Below, in pieces: positions 1 to 12,416 of a stretch of 64,000 nt of DNA (position 1 is its first letter; the number at the start of each line of letters is the position of its first letter). The notes under the pieces are model-generated. The model saw nothing but the letters and a program-made list of their open reading frames with translations, searched no databases and was not told the origin of the DNA. Source of the stretch: the human T2T-CHM13v2.0 reference genome, Homo sapiens. A program made the translations under genes and the position numbers. The stretch is taken from NCBI RefSeq assembly GCF_009914755.1, contig NC_060941.1, one strand, 5' to 3'.

Positions 1-199
1 CTTTCATCCTTTCTTCCTTCCATCATTTTCATATCTGATTACAAGAGTAATATATGTTCCTTGTAGAAACTTTGAAAAGCATGAAAGAAAATTGAAACAC
101 TCTTAAAAATGTATATATAGAGAGAACTTTTCGAAGCTGAGATCATCCTGTACTTTTTGCTCTATAGCCTGCTTTCATTTTTTATTTTCTTTCTTTTTT

Positions 200-330
200 A
201 ATATTTAAAGAGATACATTCTGAGCCAAATGTGAAGACCATGACCCATGACAGCTTCAGGAGGTCCTGAGAACATGTGCCCAAGGTGGTTGGGTTACAGC
301 TTGGTTTTATACATTTTCGTGAGACATAAT
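200..330 (-). mobile_element. ERV1 LTR, MER4 family, 3' segment (inverted relative to 345-780)
   Basis: Reverse complement aaatgtataaaaccaagctgtaacccaaccaccttgggcacatgttctcaggacctcctga matches the recalled MER4 3' region. Confidence 0.75.
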
Positions 331-344
331 GACTAGTCTAAACA

Positions 345-782
345 TTAAAACAGAGATCTTAATACAAAAGAGACCCTTTGTGGCAATGAGATACCAAATT
401 CCAACCTGACTCTAGTATAACATCTTAACATCACATGACAGATAGCAGGCCCTGAAAGAAAGAAACAAAAACAAAAGTATTTTATCCTAAAATAGATTTC
501 TTTGATATATTTTGAAATGGCCCTGCAAAGCTGTCTCTTGTGGGAGAAATTTACATTCTGTAGAGAATCCCCTTCCCTTTCTAGGTAATTTTCTGATCCT
601 GAAAAGATTAACTGAGATCCTAGCACCTTTTAAAGGTCTGAATGGGAAACATTTGTCGTCTATTGCCTTTAAGGGTGGCTACCTATGAGACTTCATCTAC
701 ATAATAAGAACCTTGTGCTCCACAACCCCTTATCTTAACCCAGACACTTGTTTCTATTGATTCCAGGTCTTTAATAACTCTT
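345..782 (+). mobile_element. ERV1 LTR, MER4 family, internal segment (resumes briefly after the Alu, to about 1077)
   Basis: Motifs gaaatggccctgcaaagctgtctcttgtggg and cacaaccccttatcttaacccagacac are typical of MER4. Confidence 0.75.
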
Positions 783-1061
783 TTTCTTTTTATTTTATTT
801 TTATTTTTTTTTGAGCCAGAGTCTCACTCACTCTATGGCCCAGGCTGGAGTGCAGTGGCGTGATCTCGGCTCACTGCAACATCCACCCCCTGGGCTCAAG
901 TGCACACCACCATGCCTGGCTAATTTTATACTTTTAGTAGAGATGGGGTTTTGCCATGTTGCCCAGGCTGGTCTCGAACTCCTGATTCTGAGCTCAAGCA
1001 ATCCGCCCACCTTGGCCTCCCAAAATGATGGGATTACAGGCTTCGGCCACTGCACCTAGCT
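783..1061 (-). mobile_element. Alu with an internal deletion of about 40 bp
   Basis: Alu consensus with poly-T at left. TSD taataactctt (772-782) / taataattctt (1064-1074). Confidence 0.92.
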
Positions 1062-1424
1062 GATAATAATTCTTTCATTTTCATTGGACGATAAACTATG
1101 AGTGTTATTGAGTACCGCTCCTGTGTAGCATTTCATCAAATGGATTTCAACCTGGAGTTGGAAGAGACCACTGAGGATTGAAGGTAGATTGGTTTTCCTG
1201 GGTGAGCTCAGAGAATCCACCCTTGGCCCACTTCTGTATTGTAAGACTTGCTTTTTTCTAACTGAGGGATGGAGTGCATTGCAGTTGGGTCCCTATGTTA
1301 TGTAATTGTGGGGGTTGTAAGCTTGGATTGTAAGTGGAAGATTTGGGGACTTGGGATGATTTCAGATATAGGCAAGAATGGAGGAAGAATGATTGTAAGC
1401 TAAAGCAGTAACACGATTCAAGCT

Positions 1425-1740
1425 ATTTATTCATTTGGTCATTATTGAGGACCTGCTGTATGCCACCACATGAGGCCAGATGCTCTTGATACAGAAATAA
1501 ATAAGAGGACCTTCTAGTTTCAGACAGCATCTGTCTCAGTGAGTGAAGACTTAAAAAACCAATTCATGCAGTAGGCTGTTAGAGATGCTCTCATTGAAAT
1601 CTATCCTGTCCCCAAAAGGAGTCTGAAGGAGGGAGTTGGCAAGGGGGGAGCTGGCAAAGGCTTTGTAGGGAGCAGGGCATTCTAGGTGGAGAGAGCCTGT
1701 AAACAAGGCCCCAGAGGTGTGAAACAGCTTGGATGGATTA
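1425..1740 (-). mobile_element. Old L2 3' fragment
   Basis: Begins tatttattcatt...tattgaggacctgctgtatgcca, resembling the L2 3' end. Boundaries approximate. Confidence 0.5.
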
Positions 1741-3349
1741 GCTTAGCAGTAAAGAAGCAATAGCTACACCTTTTCATTTCTCAATCCACTTAATACTGGG
1801 TGGAGTAGCTGCACTTGTGAAATTTGGCGAACCTTAATATTCTTAAAGAAAAAGGCAGAAGGTATGTATTTCGAAAGCATCCTATAGTTTTCTTTCCGTC
1901 CTTTCTTTTGGAAAGTGTAGCTCACCCCCTGAAAAGCATAGAATTGGTTTCTGTTAACTCTGGTGTTTGCTGTCTGCCTGCCCACCCAGTGCCCATTCAT
2001 CATCTGAGTGCCCCCTCTCTACAAGGCACTGTGTCGGGGAGCTCAGAGCCTGACCTTGCCAGGCTCTTGCAATCTGGGTCGGTGGACATCTATGTTGATA
2101 ATTGATGTTCTGTGCTGACAAGTTCTGTGGGAAAGTGGACGTAGGAGCAAGCACTGTGTTGGCAGGAGTCGGGAAAGCTTAAGGCTGCGATGCTCAAAGG
2201 AGAGGATAAATGGTGGACACTCCCTAGACCCTCCTCCCTCTCCACCAAAGGCATAGCCTTCATAGTGCTGGAAATGTTCCATATCCCTCCATTGTGCCGT
2301 GGTGGGAAAAAGACAGGGAAAGAGCCCTCCAGGGAACTGGCATTTGTTGTGGCCTGCACTGGCTGGTTCCTGGAGTAGGATGTGTGCATCATTAGCCCTG
2401 CATAGCACAGTAGCTGTGAGGAAGTGACCGCTCAGGTGTTGGGTGATGTGTCTAGGGTCACATTGCCTAGAAGAGTGGCAGGGCTGCGCTTGCTGCAGGC
2501 TTGCTTGATCCTGAAGCCCTGGTTCCTCTCACCATGCCCTGGGCTGCAGAACTCACTTCTGGGCCTTGTAAGGCCGCTGGTGGGTAATGGTGACAGTGGG
2601 AGGAGTAATACCTGAACAGAGGCTGCCCTAAATAATGGCTTGTGGTGGTCAGCGCCTGGAAGCCCTGGGTGTGGTTCCCTGCAGAAAGGAATTCTGAGGC
2701 CTCAGAAATGAGGTTTTGTTTTGTTAAAATTGTCTTGGGCACCCACTCTCCAGTTGCAGGTCAGGGCCTGCCCTGTGGCTCAAGTGTGGGGCCACATGGA
2801 GGTTGAATCAACTGCTCCCTTAGGGCTCCCAGGGGTGGGAGGACAGGAAATCCCTCCAGGATTGTTTAGTTCAGCAATACTCCTCCCCACACCCGTGTTA
2901 CAGCTGAGGAAAGGAGTCCCCTTCAACCCCCGGCATTTAGTGATTCTATCATGTCGGCATAGTTTCTTCTCTGACCTGGCCATGGTGCGTTTGATGCCAA
3001 GAATGGGCAGCCTGAGTGGTGATGGTCAGTCAGTGCCACTCTGTCAGTCCCGGGACCCCAGCTGTCCCCGTTCTCTGCACAGCCCAGCCTTGGGTGCTTG
3101 CTTGTGGGGCCTGCAATGTGAGTGTTTAGAGCTGCCAGATTTGTGGGGGATTTCTGACACTGTTAAAACCAAACAAAAAGCAAGGAGCTCTACTGAGCTG
3201 TATGATTATTTAGGCTCTAAATTGGGACGGGTTGTGGTGAGGGACCTAGAGTCTAAGACCAAAGGAAAGTCCCTGGTCCATGGCACAGGCTTTGAATGTG
3301 GGCCCCACCACCTGAGAGCTGTGAGCTTTGGGAGGAGCTCTTCATCCAG

Positions 3350-3411
3350 CCCAGCTGGGAGTGGGGATAGTAAAACTGTTTCCCCAGCCGGGAGTGGGGA
3401 TAGTAATACTG
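3350..3411 (+). repeat. 33-bp-period tandem duplication within a MIR-like remnant
   Basis: cccagctgggagtggggatagtaaaactg (3350-3378) and cccagccgggagtggggatagtaatactg (3383-3411). Confidence 0.9.
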
Positions 3412-4799
3412 AACCTGGCAGGGCTGCTGTTAGACCATGGGTACTCAGTGCAGCAGAGTCTCTGTAAATGGCAGAGGTGGTGCTTTGCAGATGGGAGAAG
3501 GGAATAAACCTGTAGCTGATGTCAGGCCCTTTGTTGCACCCTTTATACCGAATGAATTATTTCATTTCACTCCATAACACCTCTGAAATAGGCTACACTG
3601 TTCCCATTTGACAGACACCAAAATGAGTTTCGGAGAGTTTCTGAAACTTGTCCAAGTTCATGTAGCAAATGGAGTTTAACTTCCAAATTCTTTCCACCTT
3701 GCCATGAGAAAATTTCCATTCCTGCAGAAGATGGCCTTCTATAAAGGGCACCGAAGGGATTTAAGTCACACCTTGGGACACATTCCTAGATCCAAGTGGT
3801 TTCTGTATGTTATAGGCCAGACAGTAGCAAATGCAAAGGTAAATTTATGTGCCTGTGGAGGGGGAGAATTAATTTTTTCCCCTCCCTGGACTTTAACTCT
3901 GGAAAGCTTAATCTTCTAAAGCTTAATCTTTAGAAAGGGCTCAGAAACTCTGCTTGGTGCGCATAATAAGTGTTGTGTCCCCAAGGCATTTGTTAGATAA
4001 AACGAAAATTAAATAAATAAATAAAATGCTAATCGTGCCACCAGCCCTGAAGTCTCCTTGTCTCTGCTGGCTTTTCCGTGCAGAACGGGCACAGTGGAGC
4101 TTTGTTCTTCTGCCCCTTTGTCCGGACGAGGCCTCTCAGGGGCTGGCTCACAGGCAGGGAGGCCAGGCTGTGCCCGCCCAGGTTTCCCAGGCCCCGCTGC
4201 CTCCAACTCTCACTGGCCTCCTTTTCCCGAGGGTGGGGCGGCCCCCTGCCAGTGGATTGGAGGGGTGCTGCCTTCCCCCTTACCCATTTGTCCCAGTGGC
4301 CAAAAGGGGCTGAAAGCAGGTAGCTGGAGGATGCGGGAGACGTGTGATTCCCTGTTTGCCAGTTGGCCTAACTGGAATCTTCCTGAAATCATTGTATCCC
4401 TGTGAGCAGACAGCAGGCACTATGGGCTGTTTGGCCTTGGGTTCGCTTCCTGCCTTGGGCAGTCTGTGGAATGGGGCCCGGTCCTCAAGCACTTGTGGCT
4501 GTCACCAGCAGGAAGTTTGTTCAGCACCGTGGTTCTGAACCCTGTCCTCATGTTTGAATCATGGGTGCTTTTAAAACACATCCATATCAGGAGCACAGCC
4601 CTGGGCCAGCTGACTTAGTACCTCTGGGGTGGGAACTGGCCCAGGCATCTCTATATGTATACCCGCTCCAAGTGATTCTGATACACAGGGAGGGTGGAAA
4701 GCCCCTGGTTAGGATACCCAAGCTGAAAGGACTGCTCAGGAGTTGCTTGTTCCACCCTTCAGTTTACCCATGAGGACAGTGAGTTGACAAAGGCCATTC

Positions 4800-5199
4800 C
4801 TTTTTTTTTTTTTTTTTTTGAAACAGGGTCTAGCTCCATTGCCCAGGTTGGAGTGCAGTAGCTCACTGGAGCCCCGACTTCCTGGGCTCAGGCAAGCCTC
4901 TTGCCTCAGCCTCTTGAGTAGCTAGGATCACAGGGTCTAGCTCCATTGCCCACGTTGGAGTGCAGTAGCTCACTGGAGCCCTGACTTCCCGGGCTCAGGC
5001 AAGCCTCTTGCCTCAGCCTCTTGAGTAGCTAGGATCACAGACATGAGCCACCACGCCTGGCTAGTTTTTGAATTTTTTTGTAGAGATAGGGTCTCACTGT
5101 GTTGCCCAGGCTGGTCTCAAACTCCCTAGGCTCAAGTGATCCACCTGCCTTAGGCTCTCAAAGCGTGGGGATTGCAGGTGTGAGCCACCACGCCTGGCC
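4800..5199 (-). mobile_element. AluJ-type element with a 107-bp internal tandem duplication
   Basis: Units 4827-4933 and 4934-5040 differ at 3 positions. Confidence 0.93.
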
Positions 5200-6419
5200 T
5201 GCAAAGGCTACTCTGATGGAGGCAGGTGGGTTAGAACCAGGTCTCCTGACGTCTGAGCTCCCAAAGCACCACCTGTTGCCCTGTTAATCCACACTCTCAT
5301 GGCTATGGGAAAGGCAGGCAGTTGGAATTATGATGTTGATGATAAAAATGTCTGCTTATCACCCATGCTGCTAGGGAGACCAGGCTTAGTTAGGTTTACT
5401 TTCTCTGTTCTTTCCTTTCTCTTGCACATATTTACCATTGCATCTTTTCACATGACATCACAAGTATTTATTTTCTAGGCCATGAGTTCTCAGAGGTCAA
5501 GTTCTGGATAATGGCTGGGTTTTTGTTACAGCCATTCTTATACACTGGTACCTGGCCAGAGCAAGCTTTCAATAAATGTTGTGGAGTGGAAAGGTGGATA
5601 CCAGACCCCAGCCTTGAGCCCGGTGGAGTGTCTCTCTGAGCCCCTGGGTTAAGTGGGTCAAGGCAACTACCCTTTGCACTTGGGGCAAGTTGACATGAAA
5701 AATCCATAGACAGGCAGAGTCAGGAAAAACAGGACTGAGAAGGGGCTATGAACTTGATCCTAGGAATACTGGCTTACTTGAAACTAAACAACCACGCAAT
5801 CCTCCACACAGCTTTGGCCCCCGCTCCCCGTGGCCCTCCCGCCCAGCTCGCCTTTGCAGTGAGCAGATCCAGTATACATGTCACAGCTGGAATCTGGCTT
5901 GTGTTTGGAAATAAACAACTTGGCCCCTCTCTCTGCCTGGGATTTTCCTTTATCAGGAGATGCTCATGAGCCACCACCAGAGATGAGGTGTTTCTTTCCA
6001 GCAGAGATGAGATGTTCTTTTCAGCAGCCTGCCTGAGAGCTCCAGGGAAAAGTGGGAGGGCTTTGTGGTGGGACAAACACCTTCACATTGTCCTTTTCTG
6101 GTTGGTATTGGAGAGGGCTTGAGTGAGTAGGCTGGATATGAAATAATTTGAGGGGTGGTGAATGCAAAGGACTAATCCACCAACCCCCCAGCAAGTTTGC
6201 AATGAGGGAAAGTCTCTGTCTTGCAAGAGGAGACACCATAGATAGAAAGCAATGGGTGCACCACTCTGAATGCTGGCTGCCCAGCTAGGTTGCTTTTTGC
6301 AGGGTGGTCTGTCCTCAGGCAGCAGCCAGACAACATTTTGGGGAGAGTAGCTCAGGGGATTCCTGTGTTTCTGCTGTAGCTAGTTCAGGGTACTAAGAAA
6401 GAAAAAAAGGATCCTGCTA

Positions 6420-6870
6420 CCATCATGTTAGGTAGAAATTGGCAGTTTAGAAATACAGCATGGGGAGGGGCCTCCTCTCTCACACAGGGCCCTGGGGAGT
6501 GTAAATTGGTACAACTACTCTCAAGAGAACTTGACTAGATGTGGTGAAGTTAGGGATACACATACCCTATAGCCAAAAATTTTACTTCTATTGTCTGTAC
6601 TGGAAAAACTAGCATGCAAGTGCTCAAGGAGAAATAGATGTACATTGTAACATTTTTGGTGATGATGAAAAACTAGAAGGAAACTAAAAGCCTATTAGCC
6701 AGGAAATATATCAATAAATGACGGTTTACACAGTGTAGTACTTTTCACCAGTTCCATCTGACTTACATGAATCAGCCCGACTACATTTAAGAAAAACGTT
6801 GGTAGAAAGGTTGCAGAATATCTGTAGTAATGATACCATTTCTGTAAGGTTAAAAAAAAAAAAAAAAGGA
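6420..6870 (+). mobile_element. Old L1 (L1M-type) 3' fragment
   Basis: ggagtgtaaattggtacaactact motif; A-rich. Boundaries approximate. Confidence 0.55.
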
Positions 6871-7049
6871 AAGATACCATTTTTGTGTGTTTGAATTATT
6901 TAGAAAATGAGAGACATGTTGCTGCCATCAAGTTGCTCGCAGTCTAATGGGGAAAGTTGGCAAATAAACAGCTGGAGGCTTCCAGATAGTGAATGTTGAT
7001 GTTATTGACCAAGTTCCTTGTCTTGCAAGACATGACCAGTTTGGAGGGG

Positions 7050-7470
7050 ATATTAGATAAAATAGAGTTCAAATAACAGTAACTCAAGCAAGTTAATTTT
7101 TCTCACACATAAAAGAAGTCTGGATGTAGGTAACCCAATGTCGGTGTGGTGGGTCCACAAAGTCATTAGGAACTCAGGAACCTTCCAGCTCACCCTTCTG
7201 CCATTCCTTATCCTTATGTTCCTAGATGGCTGCTGGAGGTCCAGCTTTCACATCAGCTTTCCAGGGAGCAGGATGAATGAACTGGAGAAGGATGTGTCAT
7301 GTATATATTCCTTTTGAAATTACCATGTGGCACTTCCATTTATGTGTCATTGGCCAGGTATTAGTCACACAGCTACACCTGCCTGCAAGGAAGGATGGAA
7401 ACGGGCCAGCTAAAACCTCAGCATTCTGTTAGGAAGAAAGGAGAGTGGAAAGTGGGAGGCCACCACTAGA
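7050..7470. mobile_element. MaLR LTR (MLT1 family, old)
   Basis: Motifs ttctcacacataaaagaagtctgga and cattggccaggtattagtcacacagctacacct. Confidence 0.55.
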
Positions 7471-9459
7471 TGATGAAAGATGAGATAGTGAGTTTGGGTA
7501 CCTCTGGCCCATGCAGGCTGGCCATCCATTTGGGGGTTAGATTGGGGCTGGAGCTTATGAGTGGAGTGGGGTTCAGAGTTTTCTAAATTGGGAGGCATAA
7601 GCGTGTAGGTGATTGTGGGAGTCCTGGGAAGGAGGCTGCTGAGTTGTCAGAAAGGTAGGAGAACTGGGAAGCTAGGGGTGGGCATGTCTGGGAGGAGAGA
7701 CCACTTGGCCAGATGCCCCAGTGAGGTCAAGCAGGATGAGGGTGGGAGTGAGAACATGGACTCTGGGGGCTTCTGCAAGAGCAGTTTTGGTGGAGTAGAG
7801 AGACTAAGATCAATGGAGGAGTAATATTGAACAGCTGAGGAAATGTGTCAAGATCTTTGAACTTGAAGGGAATGAGAGAGAGAAGGGGGAGCTGAAGAGA
7901 AAGTATTTATTAAGGCCAGAAAGATTTGAATGCAGGTTTGGAGGCTGAAGGACAGCTAGATCTCCCCTCCCCATCCCCTTCCCAAGGAGGGAGGTATTGA
8001 TGGGAGGTGAGGATAGGCAAATCCAGCAAGTACAGGCCGGTGGCCTCCAGTATCTCTGCAAAGGGGCTTGTAGAGCATGAAACTGGTAAGATGCTGCCCC
8101 AGGAATTGGGGAAGAGCAAGGAATTAGATAGAATCAAATCAAAGAGCTGCTAAGCCAGAGGAAGTAGGTCAAAACCTAAAACTTTGGATGTCCCCAACCC
8201 ACCTGCACATTGAGTTTTCTCCAGTAGCAATTATAGGAGCAGAGAAAAAGAGATTACCCAGGATTAGAAGGCTGCAGGCAGAGCGGCAGGAAAAGGCAGG
8301 GAGGGGGCTCTGGGTTCCTGGAGTGGCAGTGGTGGTGTGGAGTTCAAGCAGGGTTATATTACATTATGCTGTAAGGTGGAAAACGGTGGGGCACATTTTA
8401 GAAATATTCCCATTAGAAATGGTAAGAAAGAAAAAATCTTATGCCCATGAAGTTGTAAATGTCAGAGCATTGTCTCATCATTACTGAAAATGTGATCATT
8501 CTAGACACACAGAATTGTGCTCTCAGTCACCCGCATCAGTCCTTCTGTATATTTTGAGTTGCATTAATTTGCAGGCCACTTATTTAATATGAAACTGTGC
8601 CTGCTTGTTACTTGGTAGCAGACCTGGGAGCCAGGTGGCCTGGGTTCAGATTCCAGCTCCGCCTCTTACTTACTGTGTGAACTTGGACAGGGCTGTGTAC
8701 AGTCAAGCAGGTTGTGCACTGCACAAGGGGGTGAAGGGTTCCTTAAATCCAGACTGCCCCTATTGCCAGGAATATGCCTTTTGTGGGTCTGTGCTGTGTC
8801 TGTGCAGAGGATGGGATGCACTCTTTCACCTTGCACAAAGGCACTGCATGGGTTGGTTCTGGCTCTGGCTTTGGGCAAGTTGCCTCTGTGCATCAGTTTC
8901 GTTGGAGAGAATAAATGAGTTACCGCATGTAATGTGCTTGGAACAGGGCCTGACACATGGCTAAGAACCATGGTAAGGATTAAATGCTGATTATATGTAG
9001 TACTGGAATGAGCTGAGCCTTCTGGGTCTCCTCTGAAGGCTTATCTTGAGTTTCCCAAAGCCTGGCATTTAGGAGAGGATACAGCTCTCCACCCCTTACA
9101 GTTTGGTCACTGAGTTTGCATTTTTTCCCAAAGGTTCCAAAGGTTTCCAGAGGTTCTCTCTAAACCTTAAGCTTTTCCAGGTTGCAGCTGCTTAATCTTC
9201 AGGCAGCTGACCTTGGTGTTCCTGGTGCCTTCTTCATCTGAAAGAGGATGAGGTAGTTGGGGCCAAGGACACCCCGGGTAGTCTAGCAAGATTTGCCCTT
9301 CAGACATTTGTGTAAATCTTCTCCCTAAACATCAAACTGGAGAAATACAGGTGTGCTATAGGGAGAATGAAAAGAGCCCTTTCCAATTTGGAACAGTTTG
9401 CGTGGAAGGTGGGGCCTTGCCCCTATGGCATCCAGATCTGTTCGGTAACTGCAACTAAC

Positions 9460-9590
9460 TTTTCTTTTCTTTTCTTTTCTTTTCTTTTCTTTTCTTTTCT
9501 TTTCTTTTCTTTTCTTTCTCTCTCTCTCTCTCTCTTTCTTTCTCTTTCTTTCTTTCTTTCTTTCTTTCTCTCTCTCTCTCTCTCTCTCTC
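9460..9590 (+). repeat. Compound microsatellite (TTTTC)n-(TC)n-(TTTC)n-(TC)n, probably the decayed poly(A) tail of the retrocopy
   Basis: Pure pyrimidine tract directly adjoining the 3' end of the minus-strand pseudogene. Confidence 0.9.
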
Positions 9591-10865
9591 ATGGTTCTTG
9601 TATGAATTCTAATTAAGAGACATTACATTCAGAATTATAGCACTCATGGTGATAATTTTCAGAAGACTGTAACAGCTTCTTTGCCACTTAAGGGGTACAA
9701 AGGGTGCAGCTGTTTCCCTGAAGGAATTCTTAAGTTAGTGACTACTACCACTCAAATTTTCCTAGTTGTCGCTCTGTTACAGGTTACTGACCGCAAGTCC
9801 ATGTTCCAGACATTCTTTGCCAACACAATTAATTACAAGAGAGCCACCCCCAAAGTCTTAGGGTGAATTGGGAAAGGGCCGGTTAAATGAGGAAGCAGGC
9901 CATTCCTTGGTAAAAGTTTGTAGTTTTTTTTCCCAATACATCTTCTCTTTATTGAGAACTTCATTTTTATCCTGTGTTCCTCCTCTGCCATCTCACACTC
10001 TCGCTCTGTCTGCTGGATTTTGGCCACAATGCACCTCATTCATTTGTATCAGTTGCAATTGTAAGATGGACATTTGTTGATCATGTTCAGTCCTCGTGCA
10101 TCTTTTTTAAAGCACCTTCCTGAGAGATTTTGCTCATGTAGTTTTTATTGGCTGTTATTCTGACAGCTGAACACGAGGGTTCAGGTTGAGAGGTCCTCTC
10201 ACGTGTTGGAAAACGTATGAACTCTTTCTCATCATCGCACAGTTCTCTATTTGAAACAGCAAATGATTCTTGGGCCGTGGCGTGGTATTTGGGCTCCTCC
10301 TCCGGGGGGAGGGGTGGAAGGAGTGCTCTGCAGGAAGTAGAGCTGCTCCAGCAGCATGCTGGTGATCTCCTTCCCTAGGACTTGGTTACTCAGGAGGGGG
10401 CTGACGCTCCCTTTCACCTTCTCTCTCCTTTCATGGGCCATAATTGTTTTAGTCCAAGCCTTGATGTTCTCCCAGCCCTTCTTCAGCTGTTTGAAATCCG
10501 GCAGGGACAGCTCGGCTGAGAGTTGCATTCGTGGGTCAGCGCCTGCAGGTACATTGATTGCTTAAGGGCAATAGTTCACACATCACTTTTCTTACATTCC
10601 AGCACATATTTGTACTTTTCTACTAAAATCAGCAGGGTACTCTTTTCTAGTTCTGAGAAGTATTTGGCAGGTTTTATAATTTCATTGTTTTGCATTTTCC
10701 ACTATATTTCCCCTGGCCGCCAGCTATCCTGTAATCCCAGCTACTTGGGAAGTTGAGGTAGGAGGACTGCTTAAGCCCAAGAGGTCAAGGCTACAGTGAG
10801 CCATGTTTGCACCACTGCACTCCAGCCTGGATAACAAAAGGAGACACTGCAGTGGCACACCCGCC
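9591..10865 (-). pseudogene. MSANTD3P1: Processed pseudogene of MSANTD3 (Myb/SANT DNA-binding domain 3); CDS remnant 10695->9858
   Basis: Minus strand reads [39 protein letters not shown] (TGA at 10576-10578, codon 40). Frameshifted blocks follow: [44 protein letters not shown] and [14 protein letters not shown] (9858-9860). No intron, about 270 nt of 3'UTR, then a purine-rich tail. The P1 symbol is from recall. Confidence 0.93.
10729..10846 (+). mobile_element. AluJ right-arm fragment (118 bp), no poly(A) tail, fused to the MSANTD3 5'UTR
   Basis: ctgtaatcccagctacttggga...cactccagcctggataacaaaaggagaca. Confidence 0.9.
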
Positions 10866-10878
10866 CCCCCCCCCCCCC

Positions 10879-11267
<389 letters not shown>

Positions 11268-11536
11268 TAGAAGACACAAATTTTCATAGTTTCTTGATTT
11301 TAGGATATATTTCATAGTTTAATATTTCTGAAATTGGGAGGCTTTGTACGATGTCTTTAATGTAGTAATTCTTTGCTCTCCCCAAATGCTGTTATTACAT
11401 TGATTATGTGTCTCATAAATGAACATCCCTACCTCTTGTGGGTCATCCAGGATGGAATTTGTTTTATTGGTCAGTAGAAAAGGCTATGACCTAATTAGTG
11501 TATCGAGTAGGTATTCTGTGTAAGTTAATGCATTTA

Positions 11537-11839
11537 TTTTGTTTTTTATTATTTTTGAGATGAAGTCTCACTCTGTTGCCGAGGCTGGAGTGCAGTGGTG
11601 CCATCACGGCTCACTGCGACCTCTGCCTACTGGGGTTCAAGCAATTCTTGTTCCTTAGCCTCCTGAGTAGCTGGGATTACAGGTGCGTGCCACCATGCCT
11701 GGCTAATTTTTGTATTTTTAGTAGAGAGAGGGTGTCACCATGTTGGCCAGGCTGGTCTCAAACTCCTGACCTCAGGTGATCTGCCCACCTCAACCTCCCA
11801 AAGTGCTGGGATTACGGGTGTGAACCACTGTGCCTGGCC
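11537..11839 (-). mobile_element. AluS-type element
   Basis: Full Alu; TSD aagttaatgcattta / aagttaacacgttta. Confidence 0.94.
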
Positions 11840-11983
11840 AAGTTAACACGTTTAGTCTTTAACACATTTGGTCTTTGGAAGAAACTGAAGCTCAGGAATG
11901 GATCAGTAATTTGTTAAAGGTCACACCGCTAGAAAAGAGTGGATCCAGTATGTGAGCCCAGCTCTGTCTAATCATGATGTTCA

Positions 11984-12416
<433 letters not shown>

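Noticed and set aside
2721-3467. Longest ORF (248 aa)
   Set aside because: Non-ATG start, no recognisable domain, runs through a MIR-like remnant and a tandem duplication; a chance ORF.
3903-3930. Micro tandem duplications (also near 33295-33330, 37598-37637, 39002-39030)
   Set aside because: Ordinary slippage products with no motif of note.
10247-10528. 93-aa ORF with MSANTD3 similarity as a functional retrogene
   Set aside because: It lies downstream of a nonsense codon at position 40 and between frameshifts, so the Myb/SANT domain is broken.
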